DNA of 64,000 bases from Camelus ferus (taxonomy: Eukaryota). The number at the start of each line of letters is the position of its first letter. Positions within the stretch are counted from its first letter, which is position 1. The DNA lies in the NCBI RefSeq assembly GCF_009834535.1, contig NC_045696.1, forward strand, positions 62,994,001-63,058,000, written 5' to 3'. Positions 26,201 to 39,100 of the stretch are shown here, in pieces. A program made the position numbers and the translations under genes. The notes under the pieces are model-generated. The model worked only from the letters and a program-made list of their open reading frames with translations, was not told where the DNA came from and ran no database searches.

Positions 26201-28116
26201 TGGAAGTCCATGTTCACAAGAGAAGCCCCATAATTAATTGCCACTGACATTGAAAATCCTTCAATTAGTAAGATAGGCTTATTGGTTCACTTAGAAGTCT
26301 AACACAGAAAAACAGGCAAGCCTTCTCATGGGTGGCTCTGGCCGCAGCTGACAACCTGGTCTCACTCCTTTCAGACTTTGGACCATTAGGGCTTTGCATC
26401 CCTGAACATCTACATAATTAATTCACTCCCAGACTACTCATCAGGGAGTCTTATATGGAGGTAACTAGTAATGGGATTGCAATGGACTGGGGAGAACTCC
26501 CAGATAGATATATAGAGAGAGAACCATACATATATATATAAATTTTGTATACATGACTATAGCTGTGTGTATATGTATATTTTTTAAACATACATATGCA
26601 TAGAAATTCCCCTCTCAGGAATTTATATGTCTTAAGAGCCCTTTCACAGGCTAACTCCAAGAGAATGTATTCTAACAGTGGTCTGTTCCCATCCTGAAAA
26701 ACTCCTGTGGCGGCCTGTAGGACAAGCCTGACGCTAAATCCACACATCAACCCTCCATCACATGGAGGGTGTGGAGACAGAGAAGGAAGGGCCTGGCAGA
26801 CAGTTCCAGTTGAGCCAGAAAAAACAAATAATGTAGCAAGCAATCTCTAAATCAGGGAAGGGTGTTTTTGAGATAGGTGAACATATTGTAAACAAATGAT
26901 AAGAACTTGACAGAGCTGAGGTTAAGGATCCCTAAGGGCACCCACTGATGGGCTATTTAAGAGAGAAAGGGCGGTTCTTAGAAACAGGAAATTCCTGGGC
27001 AGCACAGCACATGCGCAGTACTCTGAGGGCGGTACTCTGAGGGCAAGATGGGTAGAGAGCGTCCTGCCGCCTTCTGTACTCCTGGCGTGCTGCCTGCCCG
27101 GCACCCAGGTCACACTAAATGTGAATGACTGAATAATGAATACTTAACAGAGTAAATACTCCATATTACGAGTTTGACAAGGTCAAATACTGAGTTTAAC
27201 CTAATGGAACTTGTGGAGGAAGGGCCCTTGCAGGGGCAGGGGCAGGTCTGTATTCTCTTGACAAGGCAGGGTATGCTGGACAGAGTCCCTTGGTGTCTAA
27301 GGGATTCATCCGTGAGCTACGGGGCTGTCTGTCTTCTAAGCTTCTGGAGTGCTGGGATTCTGGACAGGCAGTCCAAGAAGAGCTCAAGGAATCCCAGGCT
27401 CCCTGTATTCCTTTATCCTGTAAGGAAAACCTCCTGAAATGGACCCCTTTGGGCATCCCAGGTTCCTAGCAGGACACCAAGGAAAGTGCAGTGCAAGCCC
27501 CCCGTGGAGGGAGACACACTGTCCGATGGTGGCTGTGGGTGAATGAGCTAGACGAAGGCGGTTCCTAGGGTGTGCGCGCACGCGTGAAGTGTTGAGACTC
27601 TATGATTTATGAATGTATTACAATAAGAATTCTATGTCTATTTGCGTCTTAATTTAAATGTCCTTTCGTGAGACCTTCTGTTGGAAAAGATAGCTTCATT
27701 TAATGGCATTCAGGTACGCCCTTTCCCACCAACAGAAGACATACATTGGATTAGCTGTTGGTTTAAAGAGCAGATCTTTGTGCCTATCAGAAGTGTGGGA
27801 AAATATTAAAAATTTATTTGAGTGGGGACTCCTAAAGGCTGGAATATCACAATGTGGGGTTTATTGCAGAGGATTTTTGCTTCTTTCTGGCTTTTCAATT
27901 GAATTGTAAATAGACAAGGGTTTGAGATGATTTCCATTAGGTAAACAAGATGTTACTGTGGTGGGAAAATAGTGCAGACACATAGAAAGTAGTCAACAAA
28001 TGAGTATAAGTGGAAGTAATGAAGTTAGGGAAGGAGGAAGGGGGGGACCATATAGTATCTATAAGGCATATCGTCTTGCTTAGGAGGGCACAAGTGGAAA
28101 GAATCCAAGGAAGCCT

Positions 28117-28940
28117 CATGCATTCATGTATTCATTCATCCTCTTCTTAAAACTTCATTTAATGGACTTTAATGTCTGCCATGTGTCAGGTACTGGGCTG
28201 AGGTCTGGTTGTGCAGTAATGGACAAAACATATATGGTCCTTCTTGTTATAGAGCTTTAGTTGCTTTATAACAAGAGGAGAGGAGAGACCACAGATGAAT
28301 AAAACAGCAAATTCTATGAAGAAAAAGAACAGGAGACATGAGAGAATAACAGGGCAAGTCCACTTTGGATTGGACATCCTCTTGGGGAAGGTTGCCTTTA
28401 AGCTGATACCTAAAAGATGAGAAGGATTCAGTTCACATGGAAAGCTTGGGGAAGGGCATGCTGGGCAGAAGGGACAGCATCTGCAGTGACCTAAGGCAGG
28501 GAAGGACTTGGCATTGGAAGAAATTGAAAGGAGAGGACAGGGGCTAGAGGGAAGAGAAATAAGAGATGAAGAGGGAGAGAGAGGAGGGGCCATATCACAT
28601 AGGGCCTCATAGGCCACAGAAAGGAACTAGGATTACATTCTAAGGGCAATGGAAAGTCGGTGATGGGTTTGAATCTGGGGAGAGGCATCATGGGGTTTGG
28701 ATTTTTCAGCAGTCTGGCTGCTCTGTGAGGAATGGATTGGAAGAGGCAGGAACAGAGGAAGCAAGAACAGAGCGACTACCGCAGTGGTCCAGAGCTGAGG
28801 AGATGGGGAGGTGGAGCAAGATGCAAGTAGACTAGACAGGTGTTTTGAAGACAGAATGGACATGGCTGGGGCTGGACACAGGGGTTGGAGAGAGGGCAAG
28901 ATCAAAAGTGATTCCTGTTCTTCAAGTCTGGGCAACTGTT
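28117..28940 (-). mobile_element. L2 LINE fragment
   Basis: cattcatgtattcattc tail, then ctgccatgtgtcaggtactgggct...gggcctcataggccac...aagggcaatggaaag...ctggctgctctgtgaggaatggattgg. Confidence 0.85.
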
Positions 28941-30039
28941 TCTTGTTTAAATCAGGAAGAAGAGTGACATGACATAAAATTGAGGGGAAATGAGGAATAG
29001 GATCATTTCAACACGTATTGAATAATGCTAACTCAGTATCAAACACTGCAGCAGATAAGAAAAAGTTTCACAAGGCCTGAGTTTTTCCCATCCGTTCCAG
29101 GTAGCTGGAATATTTGTCCTGCTTTTCTGGTTCCTGGAACGATAAAGTAAATAAAATTGAGCAATTGATCATACCTCAGGAAATTAAATCATGTCCTAAA
29201 TAGATAATGATTGAATTTAAAATAAGATGGGTTGTTATTTTAAATCAGGGTTTTTCTGCCTATCAGAAACCTTGAGGGAAAAGATTGTCACATGATGAAA
29301 TTTGGAAGCCCAAGTAATGGAAGAAGATACAATTAGCCAGGTAAAGAACATAAATTTCCACAGAGAAAGTCTCGGGCAAACTGGGAGGAAAATATAACAG
29401 GAGAGGAAAATGGGAAGATGATCTCAGAGACGAGAAGCCTTCTCAGATTTGGAATGTTTAAGAGGAGAAGACATGTTATCAGCAGAACCTAAGAAAAGCC
29501 TCGTTGGCTCAGTCCTGAAGGAAAGAAGTCACCTGACATTTTGTTGTCTTGGGGTAAAAAGAAAGAATGAAAAGATGGTCACACTAGCAGAAGGCATCCA
29601 AGGTGACCATGAGTCCACAGGTGGCCCCGCTGCCTTGCTCTGCCCCCAAGGGAAGGAGGGAGAGCCCTTTAGTCACTAGATCCCAAAGTTGCTGAAGAAC
29701 TCCTGTGCTTCCTGCACCACCCACCCAACACTCAGCCTTTCTTCCCTCCTGCCCTGCAGAGCCAGCCCCGGGCAGGGCCCTCTCCTTACAGGCTGGGCTT
29801 CTCTCCCATTCCTTGGCCAAAAGGCCTTCCTCCTCTGCCAGTGTCATCGTCACAGTCAACAACGTGGAAGAGCGTGGGGGAGCACAGTTGTACAGGCAGC
29901 GGTATGACCACAGCAACTCACAGGGCTTTGGAGTCACTATGTAAAAAGAACTCACCCAGCAACTAACTGACATCAATTAATCAAGAAAGGTTTGCATCAG
30001 AGAATGAAACATGGAACTGACCAACAGTCTAACCATAAG

Positions 30040-30340
30040 AGGCAGGTTAGGCTAAGGACTGGAGCTGTGGGCACCTGGAGGAACCTCAGTTCTCCAAACC
30101 ACAAGGAAATGAACTCTGCCAAACAAAGTGAGCACAGAAGTAGATTATCTTTGAGTCAAGCCTCCAGACCAGTCTACAGCCTGACTGACACCTTGAATGC
30201 AGCCTTGTGAGACCTTGAGCCAAGGACCATGCTGAGCTGAGCTCAGACTCCTGGCCTAGGGCAACTGTGAGGTAATAAACGTGAATTCTTTTAAGATGCT
30301 GAGTTGAGATTCCTAGAGCTTTAGTTAAAGAATACAATGG
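30040..30340 (+). mobile_element. MLT1-type MaLR LTR fragment
   Basis: ccacaaggaaatgaactctgcc...gacaccttgaatgcagccttgtgagaccttgagc...actgtgaggtaataaacgtg, MLT1 3' half. Confidence 0.8.
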
Positions 30341-30484
30341 CTGTCTGGAGGGTTCATACCACCCTGCTGAGTAAAAGAATGGTCCTGCTTGATATGGGGA
30401 CATGTTAATTATCTGGGCGTATGACTCCCCACCTTTTCATAGAGACACACAGCATACAAGGCATTTTTATGAAAATGCTCAAAA

Positions 30485-30650
30485 ACAACCCTGTGAGCTG
30501 TGGGATACATAGCATGCTCATTTCATAGATGAAGAAACTGAGCCTGAACGAGATCAGATGGCTGGACTGAAAGACCAGCTATCAAATACCAAAGGAACCA
30601 AAACCCTGCTCTTCTGTCTTCAAATCCAGGACTCTTCCCTCTACACCATA
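30485..30650 (-). mobile_element. MIR SINE fragment
   Basis: aacaaccctgtgag...catttcatagatgaagaaactgagcc. Confidence 0.75.
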
Positions 30651-30959
30651 GCGTCCCAGGAGAAAATGGAAAGTCAGTAGCACCTACGGTTTTTAATCAC
30701 AGGTGATGAACATCCAGACAAGAAAGTCCTAACTCTGCCATTGGAGTCCAGTCCCAAAGCACCTCCCAGTATATCTGTATGCTTTGTTGTGTTTGTGAGG
30801 AAAACCATGCCAGGGTGGCCACGGAAGCTGAGAAAGGTACGGTGTCTGCGTTGCTAAGATACAGTGCCTCTCCTTTGGGATTGCCAAGACTGCCTCTGCT
30901 TCCATAAGTCCTATGAGCAGCTCTGAGGGGAAGGAGTACAGGCTTTTGGGTAGAACCTG

Positions 30960-31135
30960 GGACCATGAACTTGGAGTCCTGAGTTAAAGTTCTGCTCTCC
31001 TAAGTGGTCTTGGTAAGTCAGGTACCTACTCTGGGACTCCTCTTCCTCATCTGTAAAATAGGGATAAAATCCTGTGTCCTGCCTGTCTCACAAGGTTGTC
31101 ATGGGAACCAGGTAAGATAATGGACACTGAAAGTA
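30960..31135 (+). mobile_element. MIR SINE fragment
   Basis: gtggtcttggtaagtca...ttcctcatctgtaaaatagggataa...tctcacaaggttgtcatggga. Confidence 0.8.
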
Positions 31136-34100
31136 TATATATTTGTCCACTAAGAAAGGTGGATGTGTGTGAGGAGTCACATCCCAGCCACTTGGACTCT
31201 TTCTTAACTATAGCCATTTGCTGGCCCTAGAAAAGTGACTGGCAATTTTCAAGAACCTTATCTTGGACCTCCTCCAGCTGCTGAGACCACCACCAGGTCA
31301 CCTGACTACCATCCTGTGACTTGGAGCACCCCCCTGCCAGCCTCACTGAAAGCGCAGTCGATAGACCAAAGATCCAGAATAGTTGGCTTCCTTTTTGGGG
31401 AGGCTGTCCCACTAAGAGATGTGGAAAGGGATGTGGAGCCACTTTTTTTAAGGCTGCCTTGTGGACTCATGTGCAGTAGCAGCTCTGCCGGGAGCCTGAG
31501 TAATCTTCCACTACTTCCAACTCAGCTTATCTAGCTGGCTTCTAACTTAACTTCTAGCCCTGAAAGTCTCTGCATCTACGAAGCTGGCTCACTTCACTAC
31601 TGTTGCCAATTCAATTTACCTCTCTAAATGCCATTTCCCCATTTGCAAAAACCAAATCGCATTTCCTTCCCGCCAGCTGTAGGGAGCCACTGTGGAGTTT
31701 AATTAGACAGTCAGTCTAAACCCGATGATCTCCTTGGAGGATGCCTGCCTCACTCAATCACTCAGTTGTAATGAGATCATTGCTGGAACTGGCAGCTCAT
31801 ACAGCCTTGGAATTCAAGCAGAGAACACCAGACTTTACACAATAGCTCTTTAAGCCTTGGGTTCCCGGGGGCAGGAGTGGTGGCTGCTGCCCAGCTAATG
31901 TCAAACTTCCCCCTAGCAGCCTCCCCAAGATGCTTCAATCACAGCTGGGCTGGCGGGCATCTCATACAGGTCACCCCACAGAGAGTACTCTTGGTCTCTC
32001 TGCTGCTCTCCCTTAGAAGTCAAGTCTTTTGGGCAGAGCCTGAAGAAGAGGAAGATTGAAATAGACCTCTGGTCTCTGAAGGGAGTGGTCATTCCTAACA
32101 CCAGTTATTTGAGGAGGAAATGGGTGCCCAGACAAGAAGCAGAAAAGGAGAATGTAAGGAGGAGGAGGACCTTGCTCTGGCTGTCTGGGTAGAGGCTGAA
32201 GGAGTCAAGGGAAATGGGCATATAATCTGCTTGGCAAGTGCTGAGATAATGCCCATCATAGGGTACAGAAGCGGAGCCAGGATGAGGTGGGATCTTCAGG
32301 CTTCAAAGAGAAATCCCACCCTGAATACCGGGGTATCTTGCGTTCCCTTCGCCCCTTTGTTCACTTCCTTCTTTTTATCACTAAGTCTTTCTTGAAAAAA
32401 ATCTTATGAAACAGTCCAGCTTTCTCTCTGCTGGAGCAAAGTGAAGGAAGAGACATGCGTTTGTGCAGAGAGGGAACAGGCCCTTACCCAGGTCACTGTG
32501 GATGGGAGCCACGGTGAGAGAGAAATTCTCAAGGAGGCGAATCTCGTGAATCAGAGAAATGGCTTCTCCATCCAGTCACAGCTGGACTTGGTTTACAAAA
32601 GGCAGAAGTTTCCAGAGAGGAGGTGATAGACCTGAGATATATTTTGGAAGAATGAATGAAATGAGTTGAGGGCAGCTGGTGAGTGACTCCCAAATCTCTT
32701 CTGCTTGGAGTTTGAAATGCCTATTAGACATCCCAGGTGGAGACACCCAGAAGGCAGCAGGTTACAAAGTCAGAGACTCAGGAGTCAGCTGTCAACCTGA
32801 GAATCATCAACCTACAGAGTCAGTGGTTCTTAGGCTTTGGAATAATTTAGAGTCACGCATGGGGGATTGCAAAAAGGAAGGTGCCTGGCCCAGGCAAATT
32901 CAATGAGAATCTCCAGGAGGATTGCGACACACACCATGCGAGGGTTCATGAAGGTGGAGGAGGCACTATGCTGTCTCAGTAAAAGGAGAAAGAGGGAGTT
33001 TAAAATATACCCCAAACCCGAAAGCATCTTGCTACTGAGCACCAGAAGTCTGACTCCTACTACTGACTGCATTGTCAGTAAAGAATGTGCTTAATTAAAC
33101 TCTAATGAGCCTTCGACCAGTGGCACACTCCAGCACACAGAATACATGAATCACTCATCCTTAGGCGGTACCAGAGTCCTCTGCTCATGTTTGGAACCTT
33201 AAATGTGGCCACTTAAGTTTCCCAGATAGCAGGCAAAATTAGGGATCCCAGAAGCTGCGCATGTGTCTGGCCATAAAACAGTCAGGAAAAAAGCCAGAGG
33301 GAAGTAGGGGACAGCCCTCAGTCCTCCCTAGACTGCAGCTGTGGAAAGTGGACGCTTTCCCTAGAAACGATCCCTTTTTCCTGCAGCCCTGGACTGAGTG
33401 AAATTAACATCTCTGAAACATGTCCAGGGAACAGACTGTTCTCTGGGAGGCCACAGCTGTCGCTTCTAGCAAAGGAGGGGAAAAGGTGAGTAAAACGGTT
33501 TTTATTTTTTAAACAAGCTTCTCTTGGTCACCTACAAGGAGCTAGATCTCCAGACTGGAATTTCAAACCTCTTCTTTAAAACGTCACTATTTTGTTACCC
33601 TTACAGAGCATATGTTTTGAACAGTATTGTCTGCTTGAGTACAGTAATTAGTAACTTGTTTGCCTATGTGCTAATGAATCAAGGACACGTAAACATGTCA
33701 ATTTCATGTCAGCCTTGCCTAATACACAGTGGGAACACAATAAACGTTTGCTGCGATGAATTCAGCCCGATGGCATCATAGTAAGTAGATCTATTTTCCA
33801 CCAAAAGAAAAGAAAATGGATATTTGAGTTAGTTCTACAGCCTTATTACAGTTAAGATTTTTTAAAAAGAATTCAGATTTATTTGTAGTACCAGGGAGCA
33901 CTAGGGTTCTGGGCAACCCATAGCAGGAAGGACTTATACATACTTTGGGCCCCCAAAGTGAGTGTTGATAAGATATGAATGCTAGTCCATGGGGACTATC
34001 AAAAATGCTCTGTAAGACTTCTCAGTGGTGCCTGGAAGAGAGAGGAATACCTGCTTAGTGTGAGTAACAGAGATTCCTCAACTGAGCTTCTGGACCAGAG

Positions 34101-34185
34101 ATAAGATGGCAGTGGTCCAAGGACATATTCTGGAAGCTGCGTAGTTACATTTGGCTGCAGGCAAGGCAGATTAATGTTTTAGCTG

Positions 34186-34367
34186 AGTGATCCCCAAGTG
34201 TGGTCCATGGACCACACGCTTCAGAATCATCTGGGGGAAATTGTTAAAATGTTTATTTCTAGGCATTGTCCCAGACCTGAAACAGAATTTCAGAGACGGA
34301 CTCTGCAATCTGCACTTTAAACAAGTTCCCAGGAAATTCTGAAGCATCTTGCTCCTGAGAGCCACTG
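34186..34367. mobile_element. MER5A-like hAT-Charlie MITE
   Basis: agtgatccccaagtgtggtcc...cagaatcatctggggg...aatctgcactttaaacaagttcccagg...tgagagccactg with degenerate terminal inverted repeats. Confidence 0.8.
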
Positions 34368-36049
34368 GCAAGTACTCTGCACTGCCAGGCATCCCGGAGC
34401 TGGTTGTGCATGAAGACTATCCATCCTCAGTAAACAGCTGAGTCACACCACGGCCCTCTCTTGTGTGCTGCCTGCCTTGGTGTTTACCACGTGCCCTCAC
34501 AGCCAGTCTCATTCCGCCCTCCCAAGCTCAAGAGGGCCTCAGGCCTCCCACAACCTGACCTTCCTCTCTTTTAGGACTTCCTCCCCACAGCTCACCCTTC
34601 TTGTCCACACTCAAGCCAAATGGACTGTGCCAGAACACTTTACCCTGTATCTTCCCCACTCTGGCCAGGAACACCTTCCCACTCTCACTGCGGGGTGCCG
34701 TCTTGTCCTGTGAGCAACCGATGGTGTAGACAGCCACCATCCACATATTGCAAGAGCTCCAACAGGGCCTCACAAGAATGTCAACCTTGTCCCAAGACAG
34801 TCAAACAGGAGGGGCTGTTGCAAAATGGTGCCTCCTAGACAGGGCTAGATGCAGAGTCACTACTCAAGCGAGGGTTCAAAATCTCCAAATCCCTCCCCTT
34901 CCCCGGCTCTGGAGGGAGAGATACACACTTTCCCAGCACCGGACCCTCAGCTCTGGCTGCAGACAACCCCAGGAGCCCAGCTCACCTGCTCCCTCTCCTG
35001 CTAACCTCTGAGGGAGCTTCAAAGACAACTTCTGTCCTTCTGCCTGAGCTCTCCTAACTCAGAGCCACCAGGCCTGCATTCCTCTCTCAGGGAGCTGCTG
35101 AGGTTGCAAGAAAGGCTAGAATGAGCAGGAAGAAGGCGTTAAGGCAAATGGAACCATCAAGGACCTTTGATGGACTTTCTGCCCCTCGCTGGCACCACAA
35201 CCCCTGGCAGAAAGGCTGCCCAGATGGGCAAGCTGCTATCATCTTCTAGACCAGGGCTCTTCAGTGCTGCCAGTGAAGACGTGAAGTGTTCTGCCTGGTC
35301 CCTGGCACCCATGACTCCCTTCCTACCCCAACCTGCCCCCCACCCCAGTTGTCACTGCTCAGCTCCCAGCCCAGCTCTAAGAAGCCCAGGCCAAGTCACC
35401 CAGACCCCAGGCAGCCTCTCCTGTGGGGCTCCCCTGTCTTCCCTTCCTCTGCTTTGGCCAGAGAAAAGGGGTCAAGAACCTCAGGTTCCTCTTCTGCCTC
35501 AAGTGGGAGGCATCTGCCCCGCTTAGATAAGGTGCCTCACGGTTACCGTGCCCCCTCCCTGGTTAGTCTTGAGGCTCCGAGGGGAGGGGCACATGACAGG
35601 AGGGGCTCTGCCACTGAAGCCAGGAGTTCTGTCCCCCTGCTCTTCCCCACTCACAGGTGGAAACAGTCTCTTCACCTTTCTCCCCAGCATCCTCATTTGT
35701 AAGCAGAGTTCAAGTCATACCTGACTCTTGGGGATGTTGTGAAATCTGATAATAGATGGTGAAGAAAATGCTTAGAAGACAGTAAAGCAGCTAGATGTTT
35801 AATCCTTTCTCTCTCATCTTTGATGCTTGATGATTTAAAGATTTTTTTCCCTGCTGATAAAAGTCATGTATATACACTGCAAACATTTTGGAAAGTGCAG
35901 AAAAGAATAAGGAAAAAAATTATCTATAAGCCCATCTCCTAAACAACCCAAGTCATTTTTGGTTTATTTTTTTCTTCTTTTTTTTTTAAGCAATTTTTTA
36001 AAACTCAGCGTAACATAAGCATTTTCTCATGCTATCAAAAAGTGTTCTT

Positions 36050-36190
36050 GGAGGGAGGGTATAGCTCAGTGGTAGAGCGCATGCTTAGCATGCAGGAGGT
36101 CCTGGGTTTAATTCTCAGTATTTCCATTTAAATAATAAATAATAAATAAATAAATACCTAATTATTCACCCCAAAATTTTTTTGAAAAAA
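36050..36190 (+). mobile_element. Camelid tRNA-Ala-derived SINE (Vic-1-like)
   Basis: gagggtatagctcagtggtagagcgcatgcttagcatgcaggaggtcctgggtt (A box and degenerate B box), (TAAA)n tail, TSD-like aaaaagtgttctt (36037-36049) / aaaaagttattctt (36189-36202). Confidence 0.9.
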
Positions 36191-39100
36191 AAAGTTATTC
36201 TTAAAAAGAAAAATCTTAGACATAATATGTAATGGCGATGGACATTTTTGAGCGTAAAGCTTTTTATGCATTTTGGGTTATTTTACAGGATAACTGCAGA
36301 GTCAGATCACTGAGTTTAAGGACACAGATATTTTAAGACTCTTGATGCATATGTTATAGCTTTTGTTATGCCTTTCTCCTGGGTCTAGAAACTGAAGCTC
36401 AAAGATTTGAAATCACATGTCCTAGTTCACACAGCTTATCCAAGGAAAGACCAGGACGAAAATACAAGGCAAAACCATTCACATTCTGTGATCTGTGCTC
36501 AACAACACAGCACAGGAGAGAAAGTTGCGACTGTCCTGCAGGGAATCTGATCATTGAAAGACGAGGACAAACACCCTGTGGGTGATCAAATCTGGGACAA
36601 AGGCTGGTGCCTGGAAAGATGAGCCTCGGGATGAGGACACCTGAGTGCTACGGGGGGCTCTTCTGCTAACTCCATCACCCTGAGCAAGTCTCTTTGGCCT
36701 TAGCTTCAGCCCTGCAAGAGAAGGGGCTTGGACTGGGTCTAACACACTGGCCCTCTGCCCAGATACATCACTACCAACACAAAACCAGAAACATTTTGTT
36801 TCATTTTTGCGTATAAAGACCAAAGATAATTCATTTGCTCTAGCTCAGTGTAACTGTTTGCTCTGTTGGCCATAAAACTGATCCAGCTGGATACCAAAGC
36901 CAGCAGGTTGGGGTTAATGAGACAGCCAGCTTCAGAAAGCATGCCCCAAGCCAGAATCTGCCAGCGAGTAGCAGGAGAATGCAGTCCTTTCAAGATCAAG
37001 TCAGATGGTCAGAGACACGGCTCAGCTCTGGGTCTCAGCACCAGGCTCCACTGTGGGCACTGTAAAGAGACCTCTCAGCTCCAGCCCTTGGGGCGGAGCG
37101 CATCAGCCCCGTCGGTCCAGGGCGCCCGGCTGTCCCTGGGAGTGCACAAGTGCCCCGATGAGCAGCAGCTCAGGGTGATCAGGGCAGAGAGAATGGTGCT
37201 CTGGGTCGTCTTCCCAAGTGACCAGGAACTTAGGATGACATATCAGCAGTTGTGAAACCAGGGCCAACGGGACAAGGTGGGTGGGGCAACTGTCTGTTGA
37301 ATGCTAACACGCAGACCGCAGCCTCCCGGGACTCAGAGACCAGTGCCTCTGTTCTGGGTGTAAGGTCAAGTCCGCTGGTCTGTGGGAAACCAGGCACTCT
37401 TACCCCTGCATCTCTGTCCAACTTCCCATACAGGGCTCTTGGATGGGAGGATATGTACATATTCCACCACAGTTCTGGGCCCAGAGGAGTATCTGTCTCA
37501 TTTCTCTCAGAAAGGGAAATAGTGAGCTCAGGGAAGAAGCCCAGGAAGAGGCTGGATGGTCTGTGTGAAAATGCACATGTGTCAGAAAGACAAGTCGCCA
37601 ACATAGAATGAGCCATATAATGTGTCCCAGGAGTAAAAGCACATGTACCAAAAGAACACATCTTTCGTAAGAATACATGCAAGTAAAAAGATGAACACAA
37701 GCACCTTAAAATGGTGATCTGTGGGTAAAGACAGAATGAACAGGGCCACAGGGATAATCTTTCATCCAATTTTGAATGTACTAGGACCTGAGAAATAGCA
37801 TTAACTCAGCCCTCCCCACTTCAGGTCTAAAATTTTAAAAAGAAAAGGAAAAAAAAAGGAAACCACAGTAAACCAAACCTAGGAAATGTTGGTAAGAGTG
37901 ACTTTGGAAGGTTCACAAGTTTGTTTTTATGACAAGAAGAGATAGTTTGAATCCACATGGGACAGAGGGGTCCAGGCCACCTTTAGTTCTCAGCCCTGGA
38001 CACACCTTTGAGCCACCAGGGGAGCTTCTAGAAGACCCTGGATGCCTGCCTTAGTTGGCTTGGGGTGAGCCCAGGCTTGATATGGAGAAGGACCCCCGTG
38101 GAGCAGGCAGTGTTGAGAGGACGGCACTGAAGCAACCCTAATGTGCCTTCGGGCACTGGCGTTCGGGATACTCAGGAACGGAGGACTTGCCAAGAGCCAG
38201 AGGAAGAAGCATTTTTGGAGAAGGATCAGTTGTGGCCCCAAAAGGAGGGTGACTCACATGGAGGCTCTGGTTTGGAAGGGGGAGTAGGGGAGAAACCAGA
38301 GTCAGGAGGGGTGTCCAGCAGGAAGCCTGGATTGGGGAAGGGGAGATGGCTGGGTCAAAGGCAGTAGTGGGGAGCAGGGCCAGGGTGACCACCCCACCTG
38401 TTACAGATGCGATGAGAACTCTGAGACTGTGAAAGAAAAAGACTTACCTGGAGATGGGTCTCCGACACAGGTACGCCCCTCCATTGCTTGTTCTCTTTCC
38501 ACTGTCCCCGGAGCCCCGCTGCAGCAGCAGAGTCTCCTCTGTCCTTCCCCGCCTGACCCATGCTCATCACAGAAGCAGAGGAGAAGTCACCCCGGGGTGA
38601 GCTGGTAAGTGATTTGAGCTTCTCGAGAAAAAAGAAACTAAAGAAGAGTTGAGGAAGGAATCTGACTAGTTATCATTGTTTATTCCTTTTCCTTTCTCAA
38701 GTAACTGTTTTCCTTCGTGGCCCTCCCGGTTGAGGTTTTTTCTTCTTAATCCCTTCATTCTGAAAGCTCACTTATTTTTCGTGCTTTCCATGTTGCCAGC
38801 CAGGCTTGGTAAATATCTTAACAATTATTGACTTGCTGAAGCTCTGCTGGTCCGTTTGGCCATCCTTCTGAGAAAGGGAAATCCACGCAGTAAGGGTCGG
38901 AGAATATTCGGTTTTGATCAGGATATGTGGAGTGCCACGTGCCCACCATGTGAAATGTTTTCACCTTTGCTCAATTTTTACAGACAAGAAAAAGAAGCCG
39001 AAGAGAAGTTACATACATTTCCAAGTTCTGTGCAAGCTCCAGCTCGTATAGAGAGATTGAGTCTTACTCAGTTGTGCCCTGCTGGGCCCAGCCCAGGGGC

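Noticed and set aside
36050..36126. tRNA-Ala(AGC) gene (also at ~51900 and ~61700)
   Set aside because: Mutated stems, AT-rich tails and TSDs show these are tRNA-derived SINEs, not functional tRNA genes.
37230..37769. 179-aa minus-strand ORF and overlapping ORFs
   Set aside because: No recognisable domain, ORFs overlap on both strands, and there is no convincing exon structure.
38010..38028. CTCF-like motifs (also ~42541 and ~47406)
   Set aside because: Several mismatches to the core consensus; such partial matches are expected by chance in 64 kb.
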